Origin: an uncultured Candidatus Saccharimonadales bacterium
GTDB taxonomy: Bacteria; Patescibacteriota; Saccharimonadia; UBA4664; SCTI01
Reading direction: 5' to 3'
DNA: 64,000 nt
Assembly (NCBI GenBank): GCA_964632435.1
Contig: CAZWEJ010000001.1
Span: forward strand, 1,052 to 65,051
Position 1 is the first letter of the stretch, and each line of letters opens with the position of its first letter. Shown piece by piece: positions 50,727 to 59,780 of the stretch. A model generated the notes under the pieces. That model saw nothing but the letters and a program-made list of their open reading frames with translations. It was not told the origin of the DNA and made no database searches. A program made the translations under genes and the position numbers.

Positions 50727-51263
50727 ATGAGTCGAATTGGACGACAACCTATCGAAGTGCCAGCAGGTGTAAACGTTGAGTTTGAAGGCGACGTAATCAT
50801 GGCAACCGGTCCAAAAGGGACCCTTGAGGTCAAACTTCTACCCGGTCTTAAGGTTGAGCAGAACGAAAACGTTCTCACCGTTGTTAAAAAGCTTGATAAC
50901 GAAGAGACTCAGCGCACTTTTGGTTTGCAGAGAACCCTTATCAACAACATTGTTGTAGGCGTTAGCCAAGGTTATGAACGCCGATTGGAAATTAACGGCG
51001 TCGGTTACCGAGCAAACGTAGCGGGTAACATCATCAACCTTTCTCTTGGCTACTCTCACCCGATTGAGTTCAAGCTCCCTCAAGGTGTTGAGGCTAAGGT
51101 AGAAAAGAACCTGATTATTCTCAACAGCGCCGATAAGCAGCTTGTTGGGCAAGTAGCAGCAAATATCCGCGCCCTACGCAAGCCGGAACCATATAAAGGT
51201 AAGGGCATCAAGTATGTAGAGGAGCGCATTAGGCGCAAGGCCGGAAAGGCGGCAACAAAGTAA
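50727..51263 (+). CDS. rplF: 50S ribosomal protein L6
   Basis: MSRIGRQP, PEPYKGKGI. Confidence 0.98.
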   Translation: MSRIGRQPIEVPAGVNVEFEGDVIMATGPKGTLEVKLLPGLKVEQNENVLTVVKKLDNEETQRTFGLQRTLINNIVVGVSQGYERRLEINGVGYRANVAGNIINLSLGYSHPIEFKLPQGVEAKVEKNLIILNSADKQLVGQVAANIRALRKPEPYKGKGIKYVEERIRRKAGKAATK

Positions 51264-51613
51264 TGAGTATGAATGTGTTAACTAATAAAGATCAGCGTAG
51301 AAAGCGAATTCGGGCCAAGATTTGGGGCACCGCTGAGCGACCACGCCTTAGTGTTAATATCAGCAATAAGCATATTGTGGCTCAGTTGATTAACGATGAT
51401 AAGGGTGTAACTCTCGGGTATGTTTCAACTGTTGGCAATAAGGATGTTAAAGGAAATATGACCGAAAAGGCAAAGACAGTCGGCGAGCAAATTGCAGCTA
51501 TAGCATCAAAGAAGAAGATCAAAACTGTGATCTTTGATCGAGGCACCAGAATTTACCACGGCCGTCTGGCAGCTTTAGCAAATGCCGCTAGAGATAAGGG
51601 ATTGGAGTTTTAG
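51263..51613 (+). CDS. rplR: 50S ribosomal protein L18
   Basis: RPRLSV, FDRG...YHGR...AR..GLEF. Confidence 0.97.
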   Translation: MSMNVLTNKDQRRKRIRAKIWGTAERPRLSVNISNKHIVAQLINDDKGVTLGYVSTVGNKDVKGNMTEKAKTVGEQIAAIASKKKIKTVIFDRGTRIYHGRLAALANAARDKGLEF

Positions 51614-51614
51614 T

Positions 51615-52148
51615 ATGGCAATTCAACAGCAGCCAAAAGAATTTGAAGAGACAGTAATTGCCATCGACCGCGTAGCGAGAGTCGTTAAGGGTGGACGAAG
51701 ATTCCGATTTAGGGCAACTGTCGTTATCGGTGACGGTAAAGGCCGAGTTGGGCTTGGTATTGGTAAAGGCGGCGAGGTTATCACTGCAATTGCTAAGGCA
51801 GTTGCTCGCGCTCGACGCAATATGATTACTATTCCTTTGAAGAATGGCACCATCCCCCACGAAGTTACAGTTCGTTTCTCCGGGGCACAGGTAATGCTGA
51901 AGCCTGCCTCAGATGGTACCGGTGTTATTGCCGGTGGTGCGGTTAGAAATGTAGTTGAGCGAGCCGGCATTCATAATCTGTTGACCAAGTCGTTTGGCTC
52001 AACAAACAAGGTGAATAATGCCTATGCTACAATTATGGCACTGTCGCAGCTTGAGCCGGTTGAATCAAGCCCAATCCCTCGAGCAAAAGCGCTTCGAGAT
52101 GCCAAGCAGACCAAAGAAACCAAACCAAAGACTAAGGCGGCTGCTTAA
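51615..52148 (+). CDS. rpsE: 30S ribosomal protein S5
   Basis: RVVKGGRRFRF, GTGVIAGG. Confidence 0.98.
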   Translation: MAIQQQPKEFEETVIAIDRVARVVKGGRRFRFRATVVIGDGKGRVGLGIGKGGEVITAIAKAVARARRNMITIPLKNGTIPHEVTVRFSGAQVMLKPASDGTGVIAGGAVRNVVERAGIHNLLTKSFGSTNKVNNAYATIMALSQLEPVESSPIPRAKALRDAKQTKETKPKTKAAA

Positions 52149-52157
52149 GGATAGACT

Positions 52158-52640
52158 ATGAAGATTCATGAATTAACAGTTTCATCAAAACAAGACCGAA
52201 AGAGGGTTGGTCGCGGTATTGGTTCCGGCACCGGTAAAACTGCCGGTCGAGGTACAAAAGGCCAAAATTCAAGGTCTGGAGGCGGTGTACGCCCTGGGTT
52301 CGAAGGCGGACAAAACCCGTTAGCCAAGCGATTGCCAAAGAAGCGTGGTTTCCGAGCCCTCAACCCAACTAACTACACAGTAATTAGCCTATCGCGTATT
52401 GAAACCCTTAAAGGCTCAAAGCTAGACAATGCCTCATTGGTTGATGCAGGGATTACTGCAAACCTAAGCACTCCAGTTAAAGTTCTTGGAACCGGCAAGC
52501 TTACTCGCAAAGTCGATGTAAAACTTCAGGCAGCAACTTCAACAGCTAAGGCTGCAATCGAAAAAGCTGGTGGATCATTTACAGTAGCTACCGTTGTAAA
52601 AAGCCCCAAGAAGCCATCAAAGCGTAATAGAAAGTCGTAA
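52158..52640 (+). CDS. rplO: 50S ribosomal protein L15
   Basis: RVGRGIGSG.GKTAGRG.KGQ, FEGGQ. Confidence 0.98.
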   Translation: MKIHELTVSSKQDRKRVGRGIGSGTGKTAGRGTKGQNSRSGGGVRPGFEGGQNPLAKRLPKKRGFRALNPTNYTVISLSRIETLKGSKLDNASLVDAGITANLSTPVKVLGTGKLTRKVDVKLQAATSTAKAAIEKAGGSFTVATVVKSPKKPSKRNRKS

Positions 52641-52644
52641 TTAG

Positions 52645-53958
52645 GTGGACTGGGCGACACTAAAGCAAGCCTTACGTTCATCAGATTTGCGGCGGCGTAT
52701 CGGATTTGTTCTGTTTATACTGGTTCTTTTCCGGGTTCTTTCTTATGTCCCAGTTCCAGTTCCCGACAACGCTGCGCTGTCCTCATTTTTAAATAACCTC
52801 TTTAATAGCAGCCAGCTGCTAGGTTTTGCAGATCTATTTTCTGGTGGAAGTCTTAGTAATTTCTCGATCATCATGATGGGTCTCGGACCTTACATCAACG
52901 CGTCTATTATTGTTCAATTGATGACTCGGGTTATACCTCAACTCGAAGCCTTAAGCAAAGAAGGTGAAGCCGGTAGGAGGAAGATTAATCAATACACAAG
53001 ACTTCTTACGTTACCCTTAGCAGTTGTGCAATCAATTGCTATGGTGATTCTAATCCAAAAGACTTCTGTTCAAATTGCCAATACTGACTTAATTGGCAAC
53101 CCTAGTATTTTTGATTGGTTCCTTATGGTTATCACGATGACTGCGGGTACGATGCTGTTAATGTGGATGGGTGAGCTGATAACTGAGCGCGGCGTCGGAA
53201 ACGGTATTTCTCTGATTATTGTGGCTGGAATAGTCGCGTCCATACCTGCAAATATTATTCAAAACTACAGCTTGGTGGTGAATGATACTGGTAAATTGCT
53301 ACAAACGTTGGCCATTGCTGCAGGTGCTCTTGCAGTTACGTACATAATTGTTCAGCTAAACGAAGGGCATCGGTCGATTCCAGTTTCGTATGCTCGTCGA
53401 ATTAGAGGTAACAGGGTATTCTCTGGTGTCGATACCTATATGCCAATTAAGCTAATAACGGCTGGGGTTATACCAATTATCTTTGCGCTAGCCTTTTTGG
53501 CAGTCCCTCCATTTCTTGGGCAGCTACTTTCCGGTGCAAGTACTGCTTGGGTATCAGCCTTCGGCACGTGGCTAACCACAACCTTTGCAGCAACCAGCAT
53601 CTGGTATGCGGGCTCATATTTCTTCTTGGTTGTAGGGTTTACGTACTTCTATACTTCAATTATTTTCAATTCGACGGAAATAGCCGAAAATATGCAGAAG
53701 AATGGCGGGTTTATACCAGGTATTAGGCCGGGCACAGAAACCGCAGCCTATTTAAAGAAGGTCATTAATAGATTGACTCTATTTGGCGCAATAGCCCTAG
53801 GTTTAATAGCAATAATGCCATTTATAGTAGAGCGCTTTACAGGTACGACCTCCCTAACTATTGGAGGAACCAGCCTGTTGATTATCGTGGCTGTAGCGCT
53901 TGAAACAATGAAGCAAATCCGCTCAAGAGTCATACAAATTAGCTATGACAATTATTAA
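52645..53958 (+). CDS. secY: Preprotein translocase SecY
   Basis: GLGPYINASII, GVGNGISL, FIPGIRPG, GGTSLLI. Confidence 0.98.
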   Translation: MDWATLKQALRSSDLRRRIGFVLFILVLFRVLSYVPVPVPDNAALSSFLNNLFNSSQLLGFADLFSGGSLSNFSIIMMGLGPYINASIIVQLMTRVIPQLEALSKEGEAGRRKINQYTRLLTLPLAVVQSIAMVILIQKTSVQIANTDLIGNPSIFDWFLMVITMTAGTMLLMWMGELITERGVGNGISLIIVAGIVASIPANIIQNYSLVVNDTGKLLQTLAIAAGALAVTYIIVQLNEGHRSIPVSYARRIRGNRVFSGVDTYMPIKLITAGVIPIIFALAFLAVPPFLGQLLSGASTAWVSAFGTWLTTTFAATSIWYAGSYFFLVVGFTYFYTSIIFNSTEIAENMQKNGGFIPGIRPGTETAAYLKKVINRLTLFGAIALGLIAIMPFIVERFTGTTSLTIGGTSLLIIVAVALETMKQIRSRVIQISYDNY

Positions 53959-54028
53959 TGCAAATTTTACGCAAAAACTCCTTTACAGATCTGAAAAAAA
54001 TCTGTATTATATCTACTTGTAGCTCATT

Positions 54029-54253
54029 ATGTCAGATACAAAGGAAGTAATCGAACTATCCGGAACCGTTCTGGAGACCCTCCCAAACGCAATGTTTAGG
54101 GTTGAGCTCGAGAACGGTCACGTTATTTTAGCCCATATCTCTGGGAAAATGCGTATGCACTATATTCGCATATTGCCTGGAGACAAGGTGACTGTTCAAA
54201 TGACCCCATATGATCTGACAAAAGGCCGAATTACTTATCGGCATAGAGATTAA
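54029..54253 (+). CDS. infA: Translation initiation factor IF-1
   Basis: [23 protein letters not shown]; own promoter TTTACA (53982)-17-TATTAT (54005). Confidence 0.98.
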   Translation: MSDTKEVIELSGTVLETLPNAMFRVELENGHVILAHISGKMRMHYIRILPGDKVTVQMTPYDLTKGRITYRHRD

Positions 54254-54268
54254 GTTTAGAGGATTAGC

Positions 54269-54382
54269 ATGAAAGTACGCCCCAGCGCAAAAAAGATGTG
54301 TTCTAAGTGCAAAATCGTTCGTCGCGAACGGGTAGTTTACGTTATCTGCGAAAATCCTCGACACAAGCAGAGGCAAGGTTAA
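54269..54382 (+). CDS. rpmJ: 50S ribosomal protein L36 (not in ORF track)
   Basis: [37 protein letters not shown]. Confidence 0.97.
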   Translation: MKVRPSAKKMCSKCKIVRRERVVYVICENPRHKQRQG

Positions 54383-54768
54383 TGGCTCGTATTGCTGGTG
54401 TTAACATCCCAAATGATAAAAGAGTTGAGATAGCTCTCACTTATATATATGGGATTGGCCTCACGACTAGTCAGAAAATCCTGGCCACAACCGGCATCAA
54501 CCCAAATACAAGGGTTAAAGATCTGACAGAAAGCGAAGTTATTAAGCTTCGAGAAGAGATTGATAAGAACTTAACAGTTGAAGGCGATCTTCAGCGAGTT
54601 GTTTCTCAGTCAATATCCAGATTGAAAGAGATTAACTCTTACCGTGGGCTTCGCCACAAGAACAACCTTCCAGCTCGCGGACAGCGAACTAAGACCAATG
54701 CACGAACAAAGCGAGGCAAGAAGGTCACAGCTGGCAGTGGACGTAAAAAAGCAGCATCAAAGACTTAG
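54382..54768 (+). CDS. rpsM: 30S ribosomal protein S13
   Basis: [30 protein letters not shown]. Confidence 0.98.
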   Translation: MARIAGVNIPNDKRVEIALTYIYGIGLTTSQKILATTGINPNTRVKDLTESEVIKLREEIDKNLTVEGDLQRVVSQSISRLKEINSYRGLRHKNNLPARGQRTKTNARTKRGKKVTAGSGRKKAASKT

Positions 54769-54783
54769 GATTAATTAGAAACA

Positions 54784-55179
54784 ATGGCAACCAAGACTGC
54801 AACTAAAGCAAGACGTAGAAAAACCAAGCGCAATGTCGCTGTTGGTGTTATGCATGTTCATGCTACGTTCAACAACACCATTATTACTATTGCTGATGAA
54901 AACGGAAACTCACTAGCATGGGCAAGCTCTGGAGCGAGTGGGTTTAAGGGCTCGAGAAAATCAACTCCCTACGCAGCACAGGTAGCAGCCGAAAAAGTTG
55001 CACAGTCTGCTAAGGATATGGGTATGCAGCGAGTAAGCGTTGAAGTTCGCGGGATTGGAAGCGGTCGAGAATCCGCCATTCGCGCACTGAGCGCAGTTGG
55101 AATTCAGGTAGCAAGCATAAAGGATGTTACCGGTATTCCTCACAACGGTTGCCGACCACGAAAGCCGAGGAGAGTCTAA
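54784..55179 (+). CDS. rpsK: 30S ribosomal protein S11
   Basis: [26 protein letters not shown]. Confidence 0.98.
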   Translation: MATKTATKARRRKTKRNVAVGVMHVHATFNNTIITIADENGNSLAWASSGASGFKGSRKSTPYAAQVAAEKVAQSAKDMGMQRVSVEVRGIGSGRESAIRALSAVGIQVASIKDVTGIPHNGCRPRKPRRV

Positions 55180-55796
55180 TGGCACGAGATCTTGCACCAA
55201 TCGTAAAGCGTTCAAGACGCGAAAAGACTGCTCTTCATCCAAAGGCGGTAAAGGGGCTTACTCTTCGCAATTATGCTCCTGGCCAACACGGTCAGTCCAT
55301 GATGCGCTCAAAGATGAGCCAGTATGCGGTTCAGCTTCGAGAAAAGCAGAAGGTAAAGCGCATGTACGGTTTGCTTGAAAAGCAGTTCAGACGCGTTATC
55401 GCCGAGGCTGAGCGTAGGCAAGGTGTTACAGGTGATATTATGGTTCAATTGCTTGAACAGCGCCTAGATAATGCTGTATACCGCCTAAATTGGGCAATCA
55501 GCCGACAGGCGGCCCGTCAATTGGTTACACATGGTCACATTTTGCTCAACGGTAAGCGAGTTGATATCCCATCAATTCAGCTTAAGCCAGGTGATGAGCT
55601 TGAGGTTAGAGCAAAAAGTGCTTCAAATGCCTACTTCACCGCTCTTAAAGAGCAGTTGGCAAGCAATCAATCAACAGTTGGTTGGTTAAGTTCAGATGCA
55701 AAGAAACTTAAGGCTAAGGTTACAGGAGCCCCTTCACGCGAAGACGTGACTGAGGAGATCAACGAACAGTTAATCATTGAGTTCTACTCAAGGTAA
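55179..55796 (+). CDS. rpsD: 30S ribosomal protein S4
   Basis: QLREKQK, LEQRLDN, ARQLVTHGH, IEFYSR. Confidence 0.98.
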   Translation: MARDLAPIVKRSRREKTALHPKAVKGLTLRNYAPGQHGQSMMRSKMSQYAVQLREKQKVKRMYGLLEKQFRRVIAEAERRQGVTGDIMVQLLEQRLDNAVYRLNWAISRQAARQLVTHGHILLNGKRVDIPSIQLKPGDELEVRAKSASNAYFTALKEQLASNQSTVGWLSSDAKKLKAKVTGAPSREDVTEEINEQLIIEFYSR

Positions 55797-55819
55797 GTAA
55801 TAAAGGAAGGAATTAGAAG

Positions 55820-56761
55820 GTGTTGTACGACATTCAACTCCCAAACATCAAGACCGTCAAAGAGGATGGCAATCGCGCAACCTTTGCGATTGAGCCACTT
55901 TACTCTGGCTATGGTATGACATTAGGGAACAGCCTACGCCGTGTTATTCTTTCAAGCTTGGGTGGTGCAGCTGTCACTGCCGTAAAGATTGATAACGTGG
56001 CTCACGAGTTCTCAACAATTGATGGCGTCAAAGAAGACGTTGTTGAGATTATTTTAAACTTAAAGAAGCTTCGCTTCCGAGTTTATAGTGATGAGCCTCA
56101 GTACATTATCCTCACCAAAAAAGGTAAGGGGAATGTTACTGCTGCAGATATTAAGACAAACTCCGATATCGAGATTGTTAACACAGATCAACACATTGCA
56201 ACGATCGATAACGACAAGACTCAGATTGGAATGGAGATTAAGGTTGAGAAGGGCCGTGGATACATTCCTGTAGAGGCTCGCGAGAACGAGAAGCTCGAAG
56301 TAGGTATGATAGCTGTTGATGCGCTTTACAGCCCAGTTCGACGAGTTCGCTACAATGTTGAGAATACTCGTGTTGGTCAGGTTACCGACCTCGATCGATT
56401 GGTTCTTGAGGTAGAGACCGATGGCTCAATAAGCCCAATGGACGCAGTCACTCAGGCAGCCGAGATCTTGGTACGCCACTTCTCAGTCGTTGGCGGTCAA
56501 ACTGCTCCTGTTGGCGAAACTCAAGAAGTCGCTGAGGACAGCAAAGAATCAAATGCAGCTAAGATCATGATTGAGGAGGTAAACTTTACACCTCGAACAA
56601 CTAACGCGCTGCTCAATAACGATATTCGCACTATGAAGGATCTTCTTCGATTAACCGATAGTGAGCTAAAGGAGCTAAAGGGATTTGGTGCTAAGGCTTA
56701 CGATGAGGTCAAGGACAAGATCGCAGAGCTCGGTTTCGCTAAAGAGACAGAGGAAGTTTAA
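55820..56761 (+). CDS. rpoA: RNA polymerase alpha subunit
   Basis: GMTLGNSLRRVILSS, HEFSTIDGVKEDV, alpha-CTD. Confidence 0.98.
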   Translation: MLYDIQLPNIKTVKEDGNRATFAIEPLYSGYGMTLGNSLRRVILSSLGGAAVTAVKIDNVAHEFSTIDGVKEDVVEIILNLKKLRFRVYSDEPQYIILTKKGKGNVTAADIKTNSDIEIVNTDQHIATIDNDKTQIGMEIKVEKGRGYIPVEARENEKLEVGMIAVDALYSPVRRVRYNVENTRVGQVTDLDRLVLEVETDGSISPMDAVTQAAEILVRHFSVVGGQTAPVGETQEVAEDSKESNAAKIMIEEVNFTPRTTNALLNNDIRTMKDLLRLTDSELKELKGFGAKAYDEVKDKIAELGFAKETEEV

Positions 56762-57256
56762 ATGCACCGTCACGGTTATAAAGGTCGAAAACTACAACTC
56801 GAAGCCGGTCCTCGCCGGGCGCTGATTCGTGGTCAGGTTACCTCATTGGTTCTGCACGAGCAGATTACCACAACTGAGGCCAAAGCTAAGGAAATTGCTC
56901 CTTACTTCGAGAGACTTGTAACTAAGGCCAAAAAGGGTGACCTACATAACCGTCGCCAGATACGATCGTTTTTAACTACCGATAAGGCAACTCAAAAGCT
57001 AATTGAAGAAATTGCGCCGGTATTTAAAGACCGTAATGGCGGTTACACTCGAATTGTTAAGCTCGGCAACCGACAGGGCGACAACGCCAAAATGGCTGCT
57101 GTGATGCTTACTGAAAAGCCAAAAAGAGTTGCTACAGAAAAGGCAAAGACAGAGACCAAGGGTAAGATTGAGGACAAGCCTAAAGCAGAAACCAAGAAAG
57201 CTGCCCCTAAGAAGGATGCTAAACCTAAGGCTAAATCAGCTAAGGGAGATAAGTAA
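56762..57256 (+). CDS. rplQ: 50S ribosomal protein L17 with Lys-rich tail
   Basis: ITTTEAKAKE, RNGGYTRIVK, GDNA. Confidence 0.97.
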   Translation: MHRHGYKGRKLQLEAGPRRALIRGQVTSLVLHEQITTTEAKAKEIAPYFERLVTKAKKGDLHNRRQIRSFLTTDKATQKLIEEIAPVFKDRNGGYTRIVKLGNRQGDNAKMAAVMLTEKPKRVATEKAKTETKGKIEDKPKAETKKAAPKKDAKPKAKSAKGDK

Positions 57257-57687
57257 TGAAGACATATTCCGCAAAACCATCAGAACTTACGCATGATTGG
57301 TATGTAATCGATGCCAGTAACCAAACTCTTGGCCGTATTTCTACAATTATTGCTACTCACTTGATGGGGAAGCATAAGCCGCAGTATACCTCACATATTG
57401 ATTGTGGGGACAATGTTGTGGTTATCAATGCAGAGAAAATACAGGTTACTGGGAACAAGTTAACCGAGAAGAAGTATTACCGACATTCGGGCTATCCAGG
57501 CGGAATAAAAGAAAAAGTACTCGAGGACGTACTTTCAAGCCATCCCGAAAGAGTTATTGAACACTCCGTAAAGGGGATGCTTCCAAAGAACCGATTACAG
57601 GATGTACGAATGAAGAGATTAAAGGTTTACGCCGGTCCAGAGCATCCACATGGTCCGCAGAATCCTAAAGAATTGGGAGCTAATTAA
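57256..57687 (+). CDS. rplM: 50S ribosomal protein L13
   Basis: WYVIDA, HSGYPGG, GMLPKN. Confidence 0.98.
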   Translation: MKTYSAKPSELTHDWYVIDASNQTLGRISTIIATHLMGKHKPQYTSHIDCGDNVVVINAEKIQVTGNKLTEKKYYRHSGYPGGIKEKVLEDVLSSHPERVIEHSVKGMLPKNRLQDVRMKRLKVYAGPEHPHGPQNPKELGAN

Positions 57688-58085
57688 TGGCTGAAAACTC
57701 AAAGTATTATTACGGCTTAGGCCGCAGAAAAGAATCAGTTGCAACTGCCCGACTATACCAGGGTGGTGGCGAGATAGTGGTTGGCGAGAAAACCGCTGAT
57801 GAGTATTTCAATAATAAGTCACTAACACTCCTATTACAGCAACCAATAGCTCTTGCGGGGCGCGAAAAGAAACTTCGAGTAACTCTAAGTGTCAAAGGTG
57901 GCGGTAAGCGTGGCCAGGCCGAGGCAGCACGGCTCGCTATTTCTAGAGCATTGGAGGAGATGGACGAGAATTTGCGCCCAACACTTAAGAAAGCGGGCTA
58001 TTTAACTCGAGACCCACGGGAGAAAGAGCGCAAGAAGCCCGGATTGAAGCGTGCTCGAAAAGCACCTCAGTTTAGTAAGCGATAA
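57687..58085 (+). CDS. rpsI: 30S ribosomal protein S9
   Basis: GRRKES, ERKKPGLKRARKAPQFSKR. Confidence 0.98.
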   Translation: MAENSKYYYGLGRRKESVATARLYQGGGEIVVGEKTADEYFNNKSLTLLLQQPIALAGREKKLRVTLSVKGGGKRGQAEAARLAISRALEEMDENLRPTLKKAGYLTRDPREKERKKPGLKRARKAPQFSKR

Positions 58086-58098
58086 ACAAAAATATTTC

Positions 58099-58131
58099 AA
58101 AAAAAGAACCGCCATGATGGCGGTTCTTTTT
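58099..58131. terminator. Bidirectional terminator
   Basis: AAAAAAAGAACCGCCAT-G-ATGGCGGTTCTTTTT. Confidence 0.88.
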
Positions 58132-58175
58132 ATTCTCGACCTAAGACATTAATAAAATTAATAGCTTGGGTTGAG

Positions 58176-58419
58176 TGACAAAGTGAGTGAGATGCAGGTG
58201 GGTGAGGCACGCTAGATGCCTCACCCTCCCTTTCCGCTAGATACCTGCATTCGGAAAAGCTGCTCCATCGGTAAAGATGCGTAGTGAATCCGACCACGCT
58301 ACGCGCCCGATTGGCGGCACATAGGCCGCGCTAAAGCTGGAGAGCCTTGAAGTTTTACGGGGCAACCTCCGTGTCGCCCCGATTTGTCCCCCCCGTGCCA
58401 TTCTTGGCGCGAGCTTGTT
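58176..58419 (-). ncRNA. Candidate structured RNA / 3' UTR with pseudoknot (unassigned family)
   Basis: Stems 58192-99/58243-50 crossing 58231-36/58252-57; hairpin 58201-09/58217-25; multibranch 58263-58342; hairpin 58358-81. Confidence 0.55.
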
Positions 58420-59694
58420 TTACTTCTTGGTCTTCGAACGCCGACGAGCGCCCTTGGTTCCGGAGCGCTCACCCTTGGCGTTAACGCCCACGTTGCCGCG
58501 ACGGTTACGCCTCGGGTCGTCCGGACCCTGCGGGTTAGCCTTACCGATCCTGGGGCCGGCTCCAGGAATCTTCGGGGTGTTAGGCTCCTTCGACTTCTTG
58601 GCGGCCTTGGAGCCACCAGCCTTTCCGCGGTTGCGCTGATCGACCTGCTTGACCCGATTACTGCTTGCGCGAGCATCGCGGTCGAGCTTGCTCAGAACCA
58701 TCATGAGCTTGCTGTCCAGCTTGAGGTTCCCCCTCAGAATGCGCAGCGCATGGTGAATATCACGAACGTTCTGTCGGGTCTTCAGGATCTCCTCCGCCAG
58801 ATTCTCAATCGGCTGAGTCATCAGCATCATGAGGTACGAGCCGGGGTCGATCTCCTTGATCCCCTCGCTGAAGGCGTTGATCCGCCTCTGGCGAGTGGCT
58901 TCGATCTCCGAGATCATCTCGGAGATCTTCTGCTGAGCCGCCGCCCTCTTGCTGAGGCTCTGAAGAGCGATGATCATCGAGGCGTTGGGCCGAAGCTGCG
59001 CCTTCATGATCCGCACGGCGTTCAGCTCGCCGTAGACCGAGTTGCCCTCCTTCAGAAGCGTCTCGATGAGCTTATCGAGAGGCTCATTGAAGATCCGATG
59101 GAGGTACGTGCCCTCATCGATCAGATGGAGGTCATCCATGAACTCCTCCCGAAGGGTATCGATGCGACGCTGGAGGGCGGCCTTCTCGGACTCAGCCTTG
59201 GTGGTACCCTCATCGCACAGGCGCTTCAGCGTCTGCATGAAGTCGCTCTCATCCTCGAGCTGCTTCATAACCCCCAACATCGCTTCGGTGACCGTAATGC
59301 CACGCCTTCTGGCGTCGTACGTTGCGGTCTGCATGAGGGGGAAGTGGATCAGGTGGTAGAGCCGGGTGTCCTGCTTGATCAGACTCACGCCGTTGCCGTA
59401 CTTGGCAATCGCGTCCGTCTTGAGACGCTCGGCTTTCGCCGAGACCTCGTTGAGATCAACGCTGTCGCCCTCGACGTAGCCGGTCGAGAGATCCTCGACG
59501 CGGTGACGCCTGGGAGCGCTACCAGTAGTCGAGCGCTTGGGGCGACTCTTCCGCCCCTTCTGCCTGCGAGGCCGACGCGACCTGATCGCCTGCCCGAAAG
59601 CAGACATCAGTTCGTCGGTTGTCGCGACCCGATCGTCGGCCGGGGCCGGATCGGAGGTCTCCCCCTGGGGATTGACCTGGGGCGAAATCGCCAT
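58420..59694 (-). CDS. Orphan GC-rich protein: three ~88-aa helical repeats with Arg/Lys-rich disordered termini
   Basis: SD GAGGTGA before ATG 59694; strong C/G third-position bias; bases 58861-58920 are 37/60 GC vs 27/60 in rplM 57361-57420. Confidence 0.8.
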   Translation of the reverse strand: MAISPQVNPQGETSDPAPADDRVATTDELMSAFGQAIRSRRPRRQKGRKSRPKRSTTGSAPRRHRVEDLSTGYVEGDSVDLNEVSAKAERLKTDAIAKYGNGVSLIKQDTRLYHLIHFPLMQTATYDARRRGITVTEAMLGVMKQLEDESDFMQTLKRLCDEGTTKAESEKAALQRRIDTLREEFMDDLHLIDEGTYLHRIFNEPLDKLIETLLKEGNSVYGELNAVRIMKAQLRPNASMIIALQSLSKRAAAQQKISEMISEIEATRQRRINAFSEGIKEIDPGSYLMMLMTQPIENLAEEILKTRQNVRDIHHALRILRGNLKLDSKLMMVLSKLDRDARASSNRVKQVDQRNRGKAGGSKAAKKSKEPNTPKIPGAGPRIGKANPQGPDDPRRNRRGNVGVNAKGERSGTKGARRRSKTKK

Positions 59695-59780
59695 GTTATC
59701 ACCTCGTTTGGGAAGAGCCATAACTTCTGACTCACTTTGTCAAAAAAACATCCGGATTGTTGCACCCGGAAGTTGCGCCA

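Larger units (their letters stand above)
58176..59742. repeat. 19-bp inverted repeat pair enclosing the orphan gene and its structured 3' region
   Basis: TGACAAAGTGAGTGAGATG (58176-94) vs reverse complement of 59724-42, TGACAAAGTGAGTCAGAAG: 17/19, with 13 contiguous. Confidence 0.85.

Noticed and set aside
25487-55178. Upstream-extended starts in the ORF track for rsmD, tig, clpP, rpoB, tuf, rplC, rpsE, rpsM and rpsD
   Set aside because: The extensions overlap upstream genes or leaders. The downstream starts match family N-termini and SD or -10 positions.
58176-58419. tmRNA, RNase P RNA, or hammerhead/HDV ribozyme
   Set aside because: No tRNA-like T-arm with CCA end, no P4 consensus, no CUGAUGA/GAAA core, and no nested HDV double pseudoknot found by eye.
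58384-59730. 448-aa plus-strand ORF fully antisense to the orphan repeat protein
   Set aside because: It is codon-aligned with the minus-strand gene, has the L/V/D/H/R-rich composition expected of a shadow ORF of a GC3-biased gene, and has no SD or promoter. The minus strand has a promoter, SD and internal repeats.
58176-59742. IS/MITE interpretation of the inverted repeats
   Set aside because: No target-site duplication flanks the repeats, there is no transposase motif, and the gene's promoter lies outside the right repeat.
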